Source of the DNA: Malacoraja senta
Taxonomy: Eukaryota
Direction: 5' to 3'
Length of the DNA stretch: 64,000 nt
NCBI GenBank assembly: GCA_038087875.1
Contig: CM075998.1
Coordinates: forward strand, 2,356,001 to 2,420,000
Positions 49,214 through 63,275 of this stretch are shown here, piece after piece (within the stretch, counting starts at the first letter, position 1; every line of letters begins with the position of its first letter). The notes under the pieces were generated by a model. It was not told where the DNA came from, made no database searches, and saw nothing but the letters and a program-made list of their open reading frames with translations. The position numbers and the translations under genes are program-made.

Positions 49214-51013
49214 TGAACAATCCTTGCTTGGCTATGAAATGAAATGAGAGCACACCAGTTGGAATAGCATTGGCCAGCCAACCACTAATGCTGTATGTAG
49301 GCCACAAGGCATAGTAGCCACATTCTATGCCAAACATTGGGTAATACCTGCTTTTCTGCAGATTAGGGGCTGCCGACAGAATAACATTCTGCCTGAAATC
49401 AGAATACCTGAAAGTGCTGAAAATCCTCAGTAGGTCAGACAGCATCTGTGCAGAGTAACTGAGATGAGGCTGATGTGCTGGAGGAACTCAGCGGGTCAGA
49501 CAGCATATGTGGAAGGAATGGACAGATGACGTTTTGGGTTGGGACCCTTTCTCAGTCCTAAGACTGAAGAAGGACCCTGACCTGAAAACATCATCTGTCC
49601 ATCCCCTCCACAGTTGTGCCTGATCCGCTGAGTTCCTCCAGCACTTTGTGTTTAGCTCAAGATTCCAGCATCTGCAGGCTCTGGTGTCTCGATCTTTCAT
49701 CAGAAATGGTGAAAGAAACACAAGCTCTGACAGAACCTCATCAATCGGAAATGGTAACTGTGTCCCCCTCTCCCCCGCAAGGTGCTGCCTGACCTGCTGC
49801 GTACTTGCACCAGCATCAGTAAAACCAAATTAACAGCTCAGCGTCCCTTTTCTGTAGGTGGGATCTTCCTGTACCTGCATTGGCTGCCACATTTTCCACG
49901 TTACAATGGCGATTGTTGGCCATGAAGGGGCTTGGAGTATTTTAAAAGGGACATGAAAGGCATTATAGAAATGCAAGTCTGTCCTACTTTATTCTTGCTT
50001 TATACAATCTCTACTTTGTGCTGGCTGATGCCAGCAGGAAATGACTGGTTTCCTCCTTTTCTTTTAATTTTTTTTATTTGCTATGTCGTCAAACTTTGCC
50101 AATGTAATGCCTGAAGTTGGGATAGACATCCTGTATTCCAACCTATCTCCTGTGGCAGGATGCCAAGTGCGGAACTCCAGGTGGACCAGGGCCACAGATG
50201 TAATTCAATCTGCCTTAGGATTCAACTGTGCTTGCTCTTTTTTGTATTTCCATTCCAAAGCTCTTATGTTTTCATTTATGATGGGACCATTCTATGTACA
50301 TTGGTCACATCACAAGGGGCATCCTCTGTGCACCAGTGGCACTTCAGCACCGCCTTTAGCGGGAGAGTTTCACTGCAGCGAGACCGGTATACATCGACAG
50401 TTTCCACATTAAGTGTATTCGCCAGTTGCAATGAACAATCTTCACGGGAAATGCATAAAACGTTTTGTATGTTGCTGCAAAGCAGCAGTTCCCAGCTCAG
50501 CATGTGCCAAAGATCACAAGGGCGCTGTGGGTTTAATGCTATTGAGGTTTATTATTGAGGTCGAAGAACATTCACAAGAAGTTAAAGTAAATAAAAAACT
50601 TAGGTCCCAGAGAATTCAGGGGACAACCCCAAACTCCTCAATGGGGAAAGCTCATCAGGCCTTTATAGGGGTGGGGAAGATGTGTGCATATTTTAACGAG
50701 TGTGAACAAATGGGCCTTTCATTTAGTAGGGTAGGGAGCCAATGCGGTGGAGTGCAGACGGTGATTTCACTTTGAACATAGTGTGTGTTTATTGCTGTGA
50801 ATATCCCAACTGATTTCACACTTCTACAAGGACATAGTTTATTTGAAACGGTTGTCACTAGCCATGCTAATCATTAGTATTGATTCCTTGTGTTGACCTG
50901 ATTCAAGCTATGCTCTGACTGTGTCCGATGGGAATTCTGTAGACTACAATAGATCTTTTCCCAGACTCTTGCACCTTCTGGGGAGTGTACGCCACCTATA
51001 AAGTGGTACAGTG

Positions 51014-52058
51014 TAGGTATGTTACAATACTTACCTTCAGCGGCGCTGCAATTCTGCCACAGGCCGTGTGCGTGATTTTGGCGCCTTTAAGGGGGGGGCG
51101 GGGTTAAAACGCGGGTTTCTCCTACCTTGTCCTGGTTAATATTTCGTTGGAGTACAAGCGTTTGCTGAAAAATCGTTCCGACGGGCGTTTTGTGTATTTT
51201 TTATTTTTATTCGATCGACAATGTCAGCGCTGGAGTCATTTTAAAATCAGCTTCTGAAGCCGTCAATGCCGACAACGGGGACGGATTTCACACACGGGAC
51301 AGGTAAACGAAAGTAGTTTATTTTAATGTATAAAAGTGCTTCTTAAGAAGCCTTTAATTCACATTTTTTAATGCGAAACGGTAATTCTTTTCCCCGAACT
51401 AACGGCAGAAATTTTCATGCCGATACGGGTTTAAATTCACCGCAAAGCAACGTTCCAAATGATCGCGTTCCAGAAAACCCCATTCGCAAGATTATTTAAA
51501 TGGCCATTAATTTACAGGTTATTAAACATTAAATTCCTTCCATTTGGCCTGTAAATCCATGACAATGAGATTTAAAAATTATGTTATATTGTGAATTCTT
51601 GTGTGAATGTTATTTGGACACTTAGGCTATTTAAAAATGTTAATCTATTCTTAAGAAATTGATAGATGTTTAGATCTAGTAATTGAATTTTGTAATTAGC
51701 TACAATTAGGTAACTAACTAATTATATGCTTTAATTTCATGTCATCTAAGTAAGATTGTTTCATATTTGTTTCAGAATGCTTCAATCTATAAATAACTGA
51801 AAATTTCTTTCAGTTCTCTTAATTTTTAAGAAAGTTATGGGCTTTTGACTGTCCTCGATCACAGCTTTTGTGTTAAGTCAATGGAAAAGCAATAGGGAAC
51901 AAGATGCTAATTTCCGAGTATGAAAATGGCCATAACTCTTTTAATACTGAAGATATGAAAGTGAATTAGGTGTCAAATTAAACTTCTTTTTATGCTTTAT
52001 CTGATGGGATAAATTACAGACTTGATTTTAGAAATCTCCAAATTTTGTAACATTGCTA
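51014..52058. mobile_element. non-autonomous TIR DNA transposon (1045 bp), hAT-like, 7-bp TSD
   Basis: TIRs TAGGTATGTTACAA / TTGTAACATTGCTA (12/14 match); TSD TACAGTG at 51007-51013 and 52059-52065. Confidence 0.85.
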
Positions 52059-52472
52059 TACAGTGATTGGACTCTTTCTGAAAATGGGAGGTTGTTTCCG
52101 AATAACTTGTATAGAACATAGAACAGTACAGCACAGGAACGGGCCCTTCGGCCCACAATGTCCATGCCAAACATGATGCCGAGTTAAACTTTCCTTTCCC
52201 TCCATATCCATGGGCCTATCTAAAAGCCTCTTAAATGCCACTATCGTATCTGCCTCCACCACAACCTCTGGCAGCATGTTCCTGGCACCCACCACCCTCT
52301 GTGTTTATTTTAAAAATAAAAAAAACTTTCCCGCATATCTCCAATAAAGTTTACTCCTCTCACCTTAAAGCTATGCCCTCTAGTCTTTGACCTTTCCATC
52401 CTGGCCAAAAAGCTTCTGACTGTCTACCCTATCTCTCCCTCAGCTTCCGATGCCCTGAAAGGGCTTTGTGTG

Positions 52473-52938
52473 CAGGCACGGAAATCGCTATCAAAACATG
52501 GGGGGACACAATTTCTTGGCGCGCGCGTGCACACACACCTTCAGCCGTGGGCCTGTGGAGACCCACTGTCAAAATAAACTTAAGCGAGAGAGGTGGTGGT
52601 GCTCGGTCTGTTCAGCAGCAAGGGTGAGATCAACATCAGACAAGGCGCTAGTGGGCGAGAAAAAAACTCCGTACAGACAGCGTCCGGAGACAGGATCTAA
52701 ACNNNNNNNNNNNNNNNNNNNNNNNNNNNNNNNNNNNNNNNNNNNNNNNNNNNNNNNNNNNNNNNNNNNNNNNNNNNNNNNNNNNNNNNNNNNNNNNNNN
52801 NNNNNNNNNNNNNNNNNNNNNNNNNNNNNNNNNNNNNNNNNNNNNNNNNNNNNNNNNNNNNNNNNNNNNNNNNNNNNNNNNNNNNNNNNNNNNNNNNNNN
52901 NNTGTCCCCCCTGTACCCCCCAGGATTTCCGCCCCCTG
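52473..52938. mobile_element. hAT-like TIR element spanning the second assembly gap
   Basis: Ends CAGGCACGGAAATC / GATTTCCGCCCCCTG; subterminal GGGGGACA / TGTCCCCC; flanks TTGTGTG / TTATGTG. Confidence 0.6.
52703..52902. other. assembly gap (200 N)
   Basis: N run. Confidence 1.
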
Positions 52939-55000
52939 TTATGTGGCTTCTGTCCAACCTCATCCGGACATGGGTATACGGACACAGCTCAGCGAGGGTG
53001 CTGCCTGCATCGTACAGGGGATGGTAATGACCAGCGTTGGCGTGTCCCTGTGTTACAATCCAGATTTTTTTTTATGGTCAAGTGGAACTTGGTGATAAAA
53101 CATCAGGCAGAAATGCGTGCAAATTTCTAACCTGTACATTGCGATAAAGTACTTTGTGCACTCAGCAAACATACCAAGTTATCCAGCACCGCAAACAGCA
53201 AATCTACCAGGACTCGCAAGAATTTACACCTACATCAGCCACTTACATGTATTACTGATATTGGAGACAGTCTCGGGTGTGTCACCTGCAAGACTGCACT
53301 CACAGTCCCTCCCAAATCTGTGACTACCATCGATAAGGGGAGCTTCAGGTGCATGGGAATACCACCCCTGAAATGTTTCCCTCAGTCACGCACTGGAGTT
53401 CTAACACTCCTCTCCATTGAAACTGCTCTCAATAAAAATAATGGCGAGCAAATCATTAAAATAAGTTTACAGCATTGTAGAATGAGATACACTTAGAAGG
53501 AGGTCCTAAAAGGATCGATTGTCAGAGCTTGTTTCCCCACCAGGGCAAGGGGTTCTAAAACTACAGGGCACAGGATTAAGGTGAGAGGGGTGAAACTTAA
53601 AGGAGATCTGTGGGCCAGGTTTTTCACAGGGGATGGTGGTTAGATGGAACAAGGTGGTAGAACCGGGTACAATTAACTCTTTTAAAGGCATATGGATAAA
53701 TACCTGGATAGGAAAGGTGCAGAAGAATGTGGGCAAATGGAATTAGCATAGGTGGGTCTCTATTTCTATTCTGTTGCTGTATAACTGACTTTATTTGGTC
53801 GAGTTGGCCCCACTTTCTCTTTCTCCTTGCTCTGCAAAACGATTGAGGTTTGATCCAATTCCCCTTTCAGAAGTTCACATTGAAGCTATTCAAATACCCT
53901 TTTAGGCAGTGCAATGTAGATCTTTGCTGCTCACCTGCCTACCAACGTGTCCCTGATCAAAGTGCTGCTTGCATTCTGTTCTTGGATACTGTGGTTTGGT
54001 CTGCACCTTTTTTTTTTCAAGAATTGTAGTGCCTCTTTAAATTGCTCTGTTGTAAAATCAGACTTTTTTTCCAAATAAATCTTGATTTAATTCCCTTCAT
54101 CGCAGTGTGCTGTCCAGGTCTTCTGTGTAGGAGCCAGGACAGTTTATTTCTCCAGAAAATCTGCTCCACACTCAAGGAGAGAAGAGTTCATGCTAATAGA
54201 GACCCAAACATGTGTGACCTAATGTCCTGTCAAAAGGCCGACACTCTCCTTTCTAATGAGTCACATATGGACCACACGTGTTCAATAAAATCAATATTTA
54301 ACAGAGCTCTTGAGCTTTCGTAAAAGTGTATCTGTAAAGTTATGCCTCCTGGGCAACAGCCTGATGGTTTCAATTGTCAGAAGAATTACTGTATGCTCCT
54401 CTGCCAAGGTGAAAGCCGAGCTAAGATTTCTAATGGAAATTTGAAGGAAAAAAAAGTAAATCTGAAAGGATTAAAATGAAGATGTTCAAGAACTTAAACT
54501 GGGCATGCCTGGTGACTGGAAATCCTCTAGCTTCCAGTTGCAGTCGCAAAGCAACAGGCAGAATAGAAGTTGCCCCTGACAGTTTCCATCTTATTTCATG
54601 GGGCTAGGACACGGATTATTTTGAAACATTGAATGCAGAGCTGCCTCTCTGAGGGAGGGGTCGGCCTTCATGTGCCAAGTTATCTGTTTCCCAGTGTACT
54701 GTCGGCCGGATGTGGTGCTGCAGAGGTCAGCTGAGACGGTGGCTATCTGGTGACCCAGCCAACTGCAACAATTAACTCTGCATGGTCATTTAAGTGGTGT
54801 TTCCAGAATGGCCGATGTACCTGAACCAAGCTCGACTTGAGAACTACTTGAAGTATGAAGATTTTGCTAATGGCATGCTGGTCACCAGAATGAGGCCAAA
54901 TCATTTTTTAAACATATGAAGTATTCTACTAAAATATCCAAGGATTAAGGTGTACAGAGAGTGCTGTATTACCATTGGTGTTTCAGAACAAGTGGAGTTA

Positions 55001-55305
55001 TCTTAGAGAGGGGTTATGGAGGGAGTGACTGAGGGTACGGGAAAGGAGAGGGAGGGAGAGGTGGGGGAGGGGAGGAGGAGAGGGGAAAGAAGAGGTGAAG
55101 AGGAGTGGGAGGGTGTGCTGGGGATGAGGAGGATAGGGGTAGGAAGAGGGATGGCGAGGATCAGTTGGGGAGGGTTGCCGTGACTCGCGTCACAACGGGG
55201 ATCTCTGGCGTCACAACGGTAACCGGTCAGCCGCGTCTGCACAGTTGGGGGCTATGGGTGAGTGGTGGAATATTGTGTTGGGGGAACGGGGCCCACTTGG
55301 TCTAG
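55001..55305 (+). mobile_element. short Helitron-like element H4 (3' portion of the family)
   Basis: Shares ggagggagtgactgagggta with H1 and gggtgagtggtggaatattg with H2; ends cccacttggtCTAG^T; starts A^TC. Confidence 0.7.
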
Positions 55306-58300
55306 TTTCATCTAAAGACCTCCAGTTAGTAATGGGACTTGAAGGCTGGCATTCACCCGATGCTCATTACACTTCAGTTTGGAGGTGACGTGGACCATCT
55401 GGAACAGAAGGAGGATTCTGCCCAGTTTGGGTCCGCAGTTTGAGCCAAGTGTTTAGCGTCCAGCCCAATGAGCTCATGTACTCTGTGTGGACTCCCCAGT
55501 GCAATTTTTAACACACCAGCATATGGCATGGAGGCAGCGCCTTGCACAACTCTACTGATGTCAACCCCTTGGTGTTTGTTTCATGGCTCAAGGACATGCT
55601 GTGCTCCGAGTGCCCAATGAGTTACTGGGACTGTTTTTTGACAGATGCAACAATCACCATTCTTACCCTGATCTAAGTCAGATGTAGCCGTTGTTGTTGA
55701 AAGCTCCAAGAAGCACCAGTCCAATTGAGTTCCAACTCCAGTAAAGACACTTGGCACTCTCTGAATGGTTCTATTTTGTTTTTAAAGGGAGAAAAATATA
55801 TGCAGAAAAGTTTGACAAGGGAGAATTTCTATTTGCATTGTGCCTTTAACATTGTAAAACATACTTCCCAAGAGCAAATATAATCTGACACCAAGCTACA
55901 TGAGGAAATAGTAAGGCAAGTGAACAAACAACCACAAGTAAGCATGCACCTCCTTGCTTGTGAAGAATGTACCAACATCTGCCTTTAAAGTATTCAGACG
56001 CTGCTTCCATTACCCTTTGAAAAAGAGTTCTAAAGACTCACAACCCTCTGAAGGAAAAACAACTGCCTCACGTCTGTTTTAAATAGAGACCCCCTAGTGA
56101 AAGATTCGCCCACAATAGCAAATGTACCCTCCACATCCACCCTGTCAAGACCTTTATGTTTCAATTTAGTCAACTCTCGCTCTTCTAAACTCCAGCTTGG
56201 CCATAGAGTTAGGACTTAAGAGTTAGGACTTGAAGGGTGGGAAAGACCAGTAGAGAAGTTTAAGGAAAGAATTCCAAAGTTCAGGATCCAGGCCCCAGCG
56301 GTGGAGTGGTTAAATTCAGGGATTCTCAAGAGATTGGAATTGGAGGAGCGCAGTGAATGTTGAGTTGTGGGGCTGGAGGAGGGGGTTTGACGACAAGGAT
56401 GAAGGTTTTAACACTGAGTTGTTACTTGACCTGGAGCCAGTGTTGATGAGTGAGCTCAGTGGATGACGGCAGGCCAGGGCCGGCTGCCAGTTTGGATGCG
56501 GGGCAGCAGAGATTTGGATGAGGTGGAGTTTACAGAGGGTGGAAGATGGAAGGCTGACCAGGAGAGTGTTGGAACTGTCATGCCTAGAGGTCACAAAGGC
56601 ATCAGCAACTCCTGATGTAACTGAATCCTGTAATTCCCTCTCCGTCTTTGTTAACCCTAGCCGTGCTGTAAACCAGTTTGTTCGGCACAAAGATTTGTTT
56701 CGGCTGTAACAACAGAGGTGCAAGTAGGTCTTCAAACCCTGCTAGCCTGGAAAAGATTAAAATGGTTGCCTGTCAAACAGGGCAGAGGTTGCGTCTCTCT
56801 GGGCTTTAAGCATGTGCTGAACAGACAGCTGAGATTTTTGAGATGAAAAATCTGTTTTATTTATGTGAGGCAACTGCTTGTGGTTCCCAGAGCATTTGAG
56901 GTCTGTCAGGGCTGCTGATAAATTGGAATGAGAGATTAGCCTTCAGTGTTATTGGAGCAGCAGGATGCTTGCTTATTTGTCTGTATCTGTTACATTTAAA
57001 GAACAGTGCCTGATGTGAATTGAATATGCTGGTATAATGGCGATAGTAAGCAGACTACAGAGTGAGGAGCCAGTCTGATCTCACTGAACTGTTAACTCTG
57101 CTGCTGACAGCACCACTACAGCAGTTCATTCGGGTAATCTGGGGCTGATGGTTGGTGAAGTCCTAAATTGAGAACAGATTTCTGTAGCATCTTTCACAAG
57201 TACGGGAGGTCTCATAGCCAATTGGGCGCTTGTTGTAATGAAAGCGAGCTTCCAGACACACTACGCACAGCAAACAAACAAAGAATTATAAATGCTGGAT
57301 CTCACAAATAAAAACAGAAAGTGCTGGAAACACTCAGCATGTCAGGCCGCATCTGTGGAAGGAGAAACAGTTTATATTTTATGTCAAAGTTGTTCTGTTT
57401 CTCCCTCCACAGATGCTGCCTGACCTGAGGAGTGTTTCCAGCATCTTGTTTACATTGTGTGTACAGCAAGATTCCACAAACAAGGATATGAAAGGCAGCG
57501 TATAATTTATGTTGCCGATGTTGGTTGTGGAATCATTATTTGCCAGGACACCAGAGAGAGCTCCCCCTGCTCTCCAGTCAACAAGTGCTTAAGGATCTTT
57601 TATATCTACCTGAGAAGGTAGATGGGGTTTTGGTTTTATGTCACGTCAGATAGCCAGCACCTCCAGCATTCCCTCACAATAGGTTGTATTGATCGGCAAG
57701 GTTGACTGGAGTCTCCAATGAAGCCTGAGCTGTCCGGGAGTTGGGAGTGATCAGGGTCTGTTGGCTGTTGGGAGAACTGTTGGGTTTTTTCCAGGGGCTC
57801 TGGCTTCCTCCCACATTTCAAAGATGTGCAGGTTTGTAGATTACTTGGCTTCTGTAAACAGTGTGTACGATAGAACTAGTGTACGTGTGATCAGCGTGTA
57901 CTCGGTGGGCCGAAAGCCCTGTTTCCACGCTGTATCTCTAAAGTAAACTAAAATTAAACTGATATCTCAGCTTTGTTTCACAGCCTCCAGAAACCAGGGC
58001 ACACATAATGAAGGTGACTGTGAGAAGAACCAAAAGTGATACAAGGAAAAACAATTGTTTTTACCAAATACGTGTTTGGAGCCTGGAATGCACTGCCGGG
58101 GAGCAGTGGAGGCAGACTAAATTTAAGGGGGAGCTGGAAAACGAGTTACAATGAAATCCGGTGCAGGTTGGCACTGGTTAACATGGCAGCTGGCATCCTT
58201 TTGGAAAAACTGGTCTGGCCTACAAGTGCCTCCAGGTCCACACACTATGCAGTTGGTTCTTTGTGCCCTCTATAGTGGTCCTGAAACTCACTGCCACTAT

Positions 58301-58770
58301 AGAAGGCCTATCAAGTCAGGGTCTTGAAATTGTTGGATAAGAACATGTTAAAATAAATAAGCTGTAATTCACATACTAAGGCTTTCCTTGTTAACTCCAC
58401 CATGATTGCATCAATGTCATTCTATGATTAAACTTAATGTTCCTCACAGCTGGATCAAGACTGGTGTGCAATCAGATCAAAATGATATCGTTGAACATTA
58501 ACACAGTTGTTTACCTGGATTTGGGATGTTGAAATAAATATAATTTCTTGAATTTATTAAATCTGATTTTAATCACTTTTCATCCCCCAAATCCTTTTCT
58601 AATTCTAAATTCTAGTTGCTGATTTCCTGACATCTGTGCAATATGTATCCTGATTTAACTGTACACAATTGGGGAAACACATTGTGAACTTGCCTGCTTT
58701 AATATTATTAAATAGTGTCATCTGGAGGAACGGATGTGTCAGAATCAGTTCTATCCTTTTGTTTTACTTA

Positions 58771-59071
58771 GTTTAGTTTAGAGATACAGCGTGGAAACAG
58801 GCCCTTCGGCCCACCAAGTCCACGTCGACCAGCGATCCCCACACATTAACACTATCTGACACACACTAGGGACAATTTTTACATTTACACCAATCCAATT
58901 AACCTACAAACCCGTACGTCTTTGGAGTGTGGGAGGAAACCGAAGACCCTGGAGAAAACCCACGCAGGTCACGGGGGAGAACGTACAACTCCGTACAGAC
59001 AGCACCCGTAGTCAGGATTGAACCTGGGTCTCTGGCTGCTGTAAGGCAGCAACTCTCCCAGCTGTGCCACT
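58771..59071 (-). mobile_element. tRNA-derived V-SINE (HE1-like)
   Basis: Reverse complement of head, V domain and (ctaaa)n tail. Confidence 0.82.
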
Positions 59072-60574
59072 GGAACTACAATCTTCTGTGATAACTGCTC
59101 ATCTTCTGTAAGATCAATGAAACAAGCACAGTGTACAAGTTACATAGTCTTACAGCTAATAGGATAATCACCAATTAATCCAATAGGGTATTTGGGAGAT
59201 ATCTATTATGCAGAGAGTGGAGAGGATGAGGGACTATTTCTCACGAGGAAGTGGACAGCCTGGATATGTTTCAAATGGGAGATGGTACAACGGTTGAGTG
59301 GAAGGAGTAGAAGAGGATCAGTTGGAGAGAGGTGGGCAGAGGCTGGTGTGGATGACTGTGATTAAATGGCTACAAGTACTTTCCATGCTGGATTAGAATG
59401 TGGGAGTCACTTCGATCACAACCTGCAGTGTTGCAAAGGATGGTGCAACTGGAGCTGAAAGGAAGCAAGTTCCAGACGAGCGCAGCAAGGAGAAGGGCAA
59501 ACTGACCATCATCCTAGAGTAGAATGACGGGAGCTCGCCCCGAGGTTCTCTTGGGCAATGCTGCATCCAACTTCACGAGTCCCTCTGCATGGATAGGTTT
59601 TTATTAAAAACTGTTTGTCCGTCAGAAGTGACACAGCTCTATTAAAGTTGCTGGCAGGGGCTCAAGCTCGATATTTGAGAACCCATGAGGATTAACTCTC
59701 AACTCAAGCATTTAATCTGTCCACTAATTAATGTCGATTTGAAGCAGTTCCAAGAATGTGGGAGTGCATTACAAGCAGGCAGCAAAACAGCTCCCCACTG
59801 TTCACTGACATGACCATATACAGTGCTCTTTGCACACTATCTCGAGGCAAGTGAGGAGCTTGTCGCCAATGTTCAAAGATTGCTCGGTCATGCAAGGTAT
59901 GAGGTTGGCAGGTCATTTCTGAGGGGACAGGTGTTTGTACTTCGTGCTACACCACAGCACATTAGATAGGTACCTCTCTGTCTGGCAAGTTACCTGCTGG
60001 CTATTTAACTGAGGGTGAAGCATCCAAGCCTGATCTCTCACATACTGTTGCACTGTCACTGCAACCCTTCTTCTCTCTCGTTAACCTAATGGTGCTGAGG
60101 TCAATCGAGGGTTGGCGGAGACCTATACTTCCTTTAAGTTTGTTTTAAGCGTTGGACTGGCTGGAGGTGCGGGCTTGAAATTCACCACAGGAGGGCAGCC
60201 TGCCTACGCTATGCCGGCCTGCACATTGATTTTAGTACAGGGGTTTAAAATGCTAGCTGGCTGCCGCCTTGGCAATGGAGGCAGTTTTGGCCACACACTG
60301 AGACAGATGTTCCAATATTAACCACTGCCACAACCATCAGCGTTTGCTTGGTGGAACTGACAGCACCTTAAGGATTATGTGTATGTGGTTTATTCTGGAC
60401 ATTGGTTGGGGGGAGGGGGGGGGGGCATGCATATATAATCTGGAGCAGGATAGTATTATAGAGGAGGTGTTGGATATTATTGGACTGCATAAGGGTGGAT
60501 TAAGCCCCAGGACTGAATGAGATCTATGAGAAGGGAAGAGATTGCTAGGCCCCTGATGATGATTTTTTGCATCT

Positions 60575-61392
60575 TCACTTGCCATGGGTGAGGTGCCAGA
60601 ACACTGGAGGATAGCTAATGTTTTCCTGTATTTAAGAAGGGCAGCATAGATACGCCAGGAAATACAGGCCGTGTGTCAGTGGTAGGTAAATTATTGGAGA
60701 AAATCTTAAGAGGAAGGATTTATGTACACTTAGACAGACTGGCTAATCAGGGAAAGTCACTGTGGCTTTGTGCGGGGAAAATTCACTCAGTGTATTGAGC
60801 ATTTGAGGAGGTAAGTAAGATTGGTGAAGGCAGGGTTGTAGACGATGTCCATTTGGACTTTAGTAAGACATTTGACAAGGTCTTGCATGGTAGGTAGTCC
60901 AGAAGGTTACGGTACATTGGATCCAGCATGAGCTGGCTAATTAGATCTAAATTTGGCTTGCTGATAGGAGGTAGAGGGTAGTGACAGAAGATGTCTTTTA
61001 TGATTGAAATATGTGACCAGTGATATATCGCAGGGATCAGTGCTGGGACCCTGCTTGTGATATATATTATTGACTTGGATGTGAAAGTAGAGCTAAGATT
61101 AGTAAGTTTGTGGATGACATGAAAGTTTGTGGATAGCATGGAAGGTTACAGCAGGATATAGATCTGATGGAAAGTAAGTTGGAGTATTGGCAGATGGAAC
61201 TTAATCACGACAAGTGTGAAGTGATGCATTTTGAAAAGTCCAATGGTTGATGGTCGGGTGCTAAAGAATGTTAATGAACAGAGAGACCTTGGACCAGATG
61301 TGGGCAAATGGGATTAGTGTCGGTGGAAAAAAGGTTGAGATGCATGTAGTTGGCTGAAAGGGCCTGTTTTGTGCTGTACAACTCCATGACTT
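60575..61392 (+). mobile_element. degraded CR1 reverse-transcriptase fragment
   Basis: VPEHWRIANV, DFSKTFDKV, QGSVLGP, KFVDD, WQMELN.DKCEVMHF motifs with frameshifts. Confidence 0.82.
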
Positions 61393-62334
61393 TACAGTGA
61401 CATTAATTAAATGTGAATGAATATGCAATGAACTAATTATAGTGTTCAGTTGCAGATGACTCCATAGCACTTGGGCGTTTGTTGAAATGGCATATGTACA
61501 CTGTTTATTTTGATTCATGTGCGTGTGTTGATTTGGTTTAATGGATGCAATGTGTGCGCGTTTAACATAGCCTTCCAAGAGCTGTCAGTATTAAATGCCT
61601 GTGCACTCTCTAGCCTCATTCAAACATGGCACCTTTCACAGTGCAGCACTCCCTCCATTGCACTGAGATGCTGGCCCAGGTTTTGTAATCGTCTGATCTG
61701 AAGGCAATAATGCTACTGACAAAATATGTTTGAAGAATACAATAACACCATCTTATATAGATTGGCGTGATGAACCAGCCAGGATTTTAATCCAAAACTT
61801 AACCGTATTCAACTAACTTACAGACCTTATATCATTTCATAGGCCAAGTATCTTATCCAATCTTATTTTCTTAATTATCCCCAGTATGGGGTGCTATTAA
61901 TTTATTTTATGTGATTATTTTCCAATGATGATGGAAGATCCACATTCTTGGAAAACAGAGGAAACGGATCCCTCCTGGGTTTTAATTGATTGCAAGTTTA
62001 ATCCGAAATTCTTTTTGCACCAGATGCTCTGGCGTGTCCATTGGGTTTTTAGACAGTTTAAATGTGGGTTTTATGTATGTTGACCATGACACATCCTGTG
62101 AAATATAGCAGCATTTGGCAAGAAAAAGGGGCGAGTTTTAAACCTTGAACTTTGATTAACTCCGGCTGAGGGATCTGTGATTCCATAAATCTTTGCTTCA
62201 ACTATTTTCCAAGCCCTTTCCTGTCAGGGAAAAATAAATTAAGGTCTCCCTCCTTCCTTTAAAAAAAAAAAATCTGCTTCTAATTTTTATTTTTGCTTTG
62301 TTAGTTTAAGGCAGCAATTGACATGGTTTATGTG

Positions 62335-62441
62335 ACATGATCAGTCTGAAGAAGGGTCTCGACCCGAAACGTCACCCATTCCTTCTCTCCAGAGATGCTG
62401 CCTGTCCCGCTGAGTTACTCCAGCTTTTTGTGTCTACCTTC
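62335..62441 (+). mobile_element. short Penelope-derived insertion with hammerhead-like core and 15-bp TSD
   Basis: GACATGGTTTATGTG at 62320-62334 and 62442-62456; CTGAAGA-A-GGGT-ctcg-ACCC-GAAA-CGTC at 62346-62373. Confidence 0.88.
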
Positions 62442-62956
62442 GACATGGTTTATGTGTTTGGTAGTTACATTCAATGTTGCCAACATAATTCCTAATATTT
62501 AGACTTGATGTTGATATCCTAGTAGGAGTAAGAGTAACTGGGTCATGCTTTGAAACAACCTCCAGCCTATTTTGCAATTGCTATTTCTGGATTTTAAGGA
62601 TATGGTGCAATTTAATTAAAAACCTAAATAGCGAGCTATCTTGCACAACCCTCTCAGATAATGTATAGTCGGGTGAATGAATATCTTCCTTTCTGAAGTA
62701 TGAATCTCCCAGTCTACATGTTGCTGTTTGATGGAAAATGTGAAAGACTGGTCACCCATTTCAAAATGAAAGGATTTGCTTCCCAAACCTATGTGTGGCC
62801 AAGAGGTGGCGTTCAAGTCTGGCAAACTCTTGACTTTCTCAACATCCACCACATAATGTTTCTGCCCCCACGGGGAAGACTTGGACCACGATCTTTGAGA
62901 TGTTAACGATAAATAAAGTGCGATTGTCATTCCTTGTAAAATAACAGTTACTTCGA

Positions 62957-63275
62957 CAGCATAGTGGGCAGCTGATAGAGCTGTTGCCTCCCAGCTCCAG
63001 TGATCCGGGTTCAATCCTGACCTTCGCTGTTGTCTTTGTGGAGTTCGTATGTTCTCCTTGATTGCATGGGTTTCTTCTGGGTGCTTCAGTTTCCCTGAAC
63101 ATCCCAAAGGCGTGGGTTGGTAGATTAATTGGCCTCGTGAGTAGGTGAGTTGTAGAATCTGGGGGGAGTGGACAGGAATGTGGAGAGAATAAAATGGAAT
63201 TGGTGTTCATGGGTTGTTGATGTTTGGCTTGAACTCGATGGGCCGAATGGCCTGTTCCTCTGCTGTGCCTCTCAA
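62957..63275 (+). mobile_element. tRNA-derived V-SINE (HE1-like)
   Basis: gggttcaatcc B box, V domain, CR1-like tail. Confidence 0.75.

Noticed and set aside
52468-53130. ORFs spanning N runs (also 9355-9611)
   Set aside because: Artefacts of translating assembly gaps.
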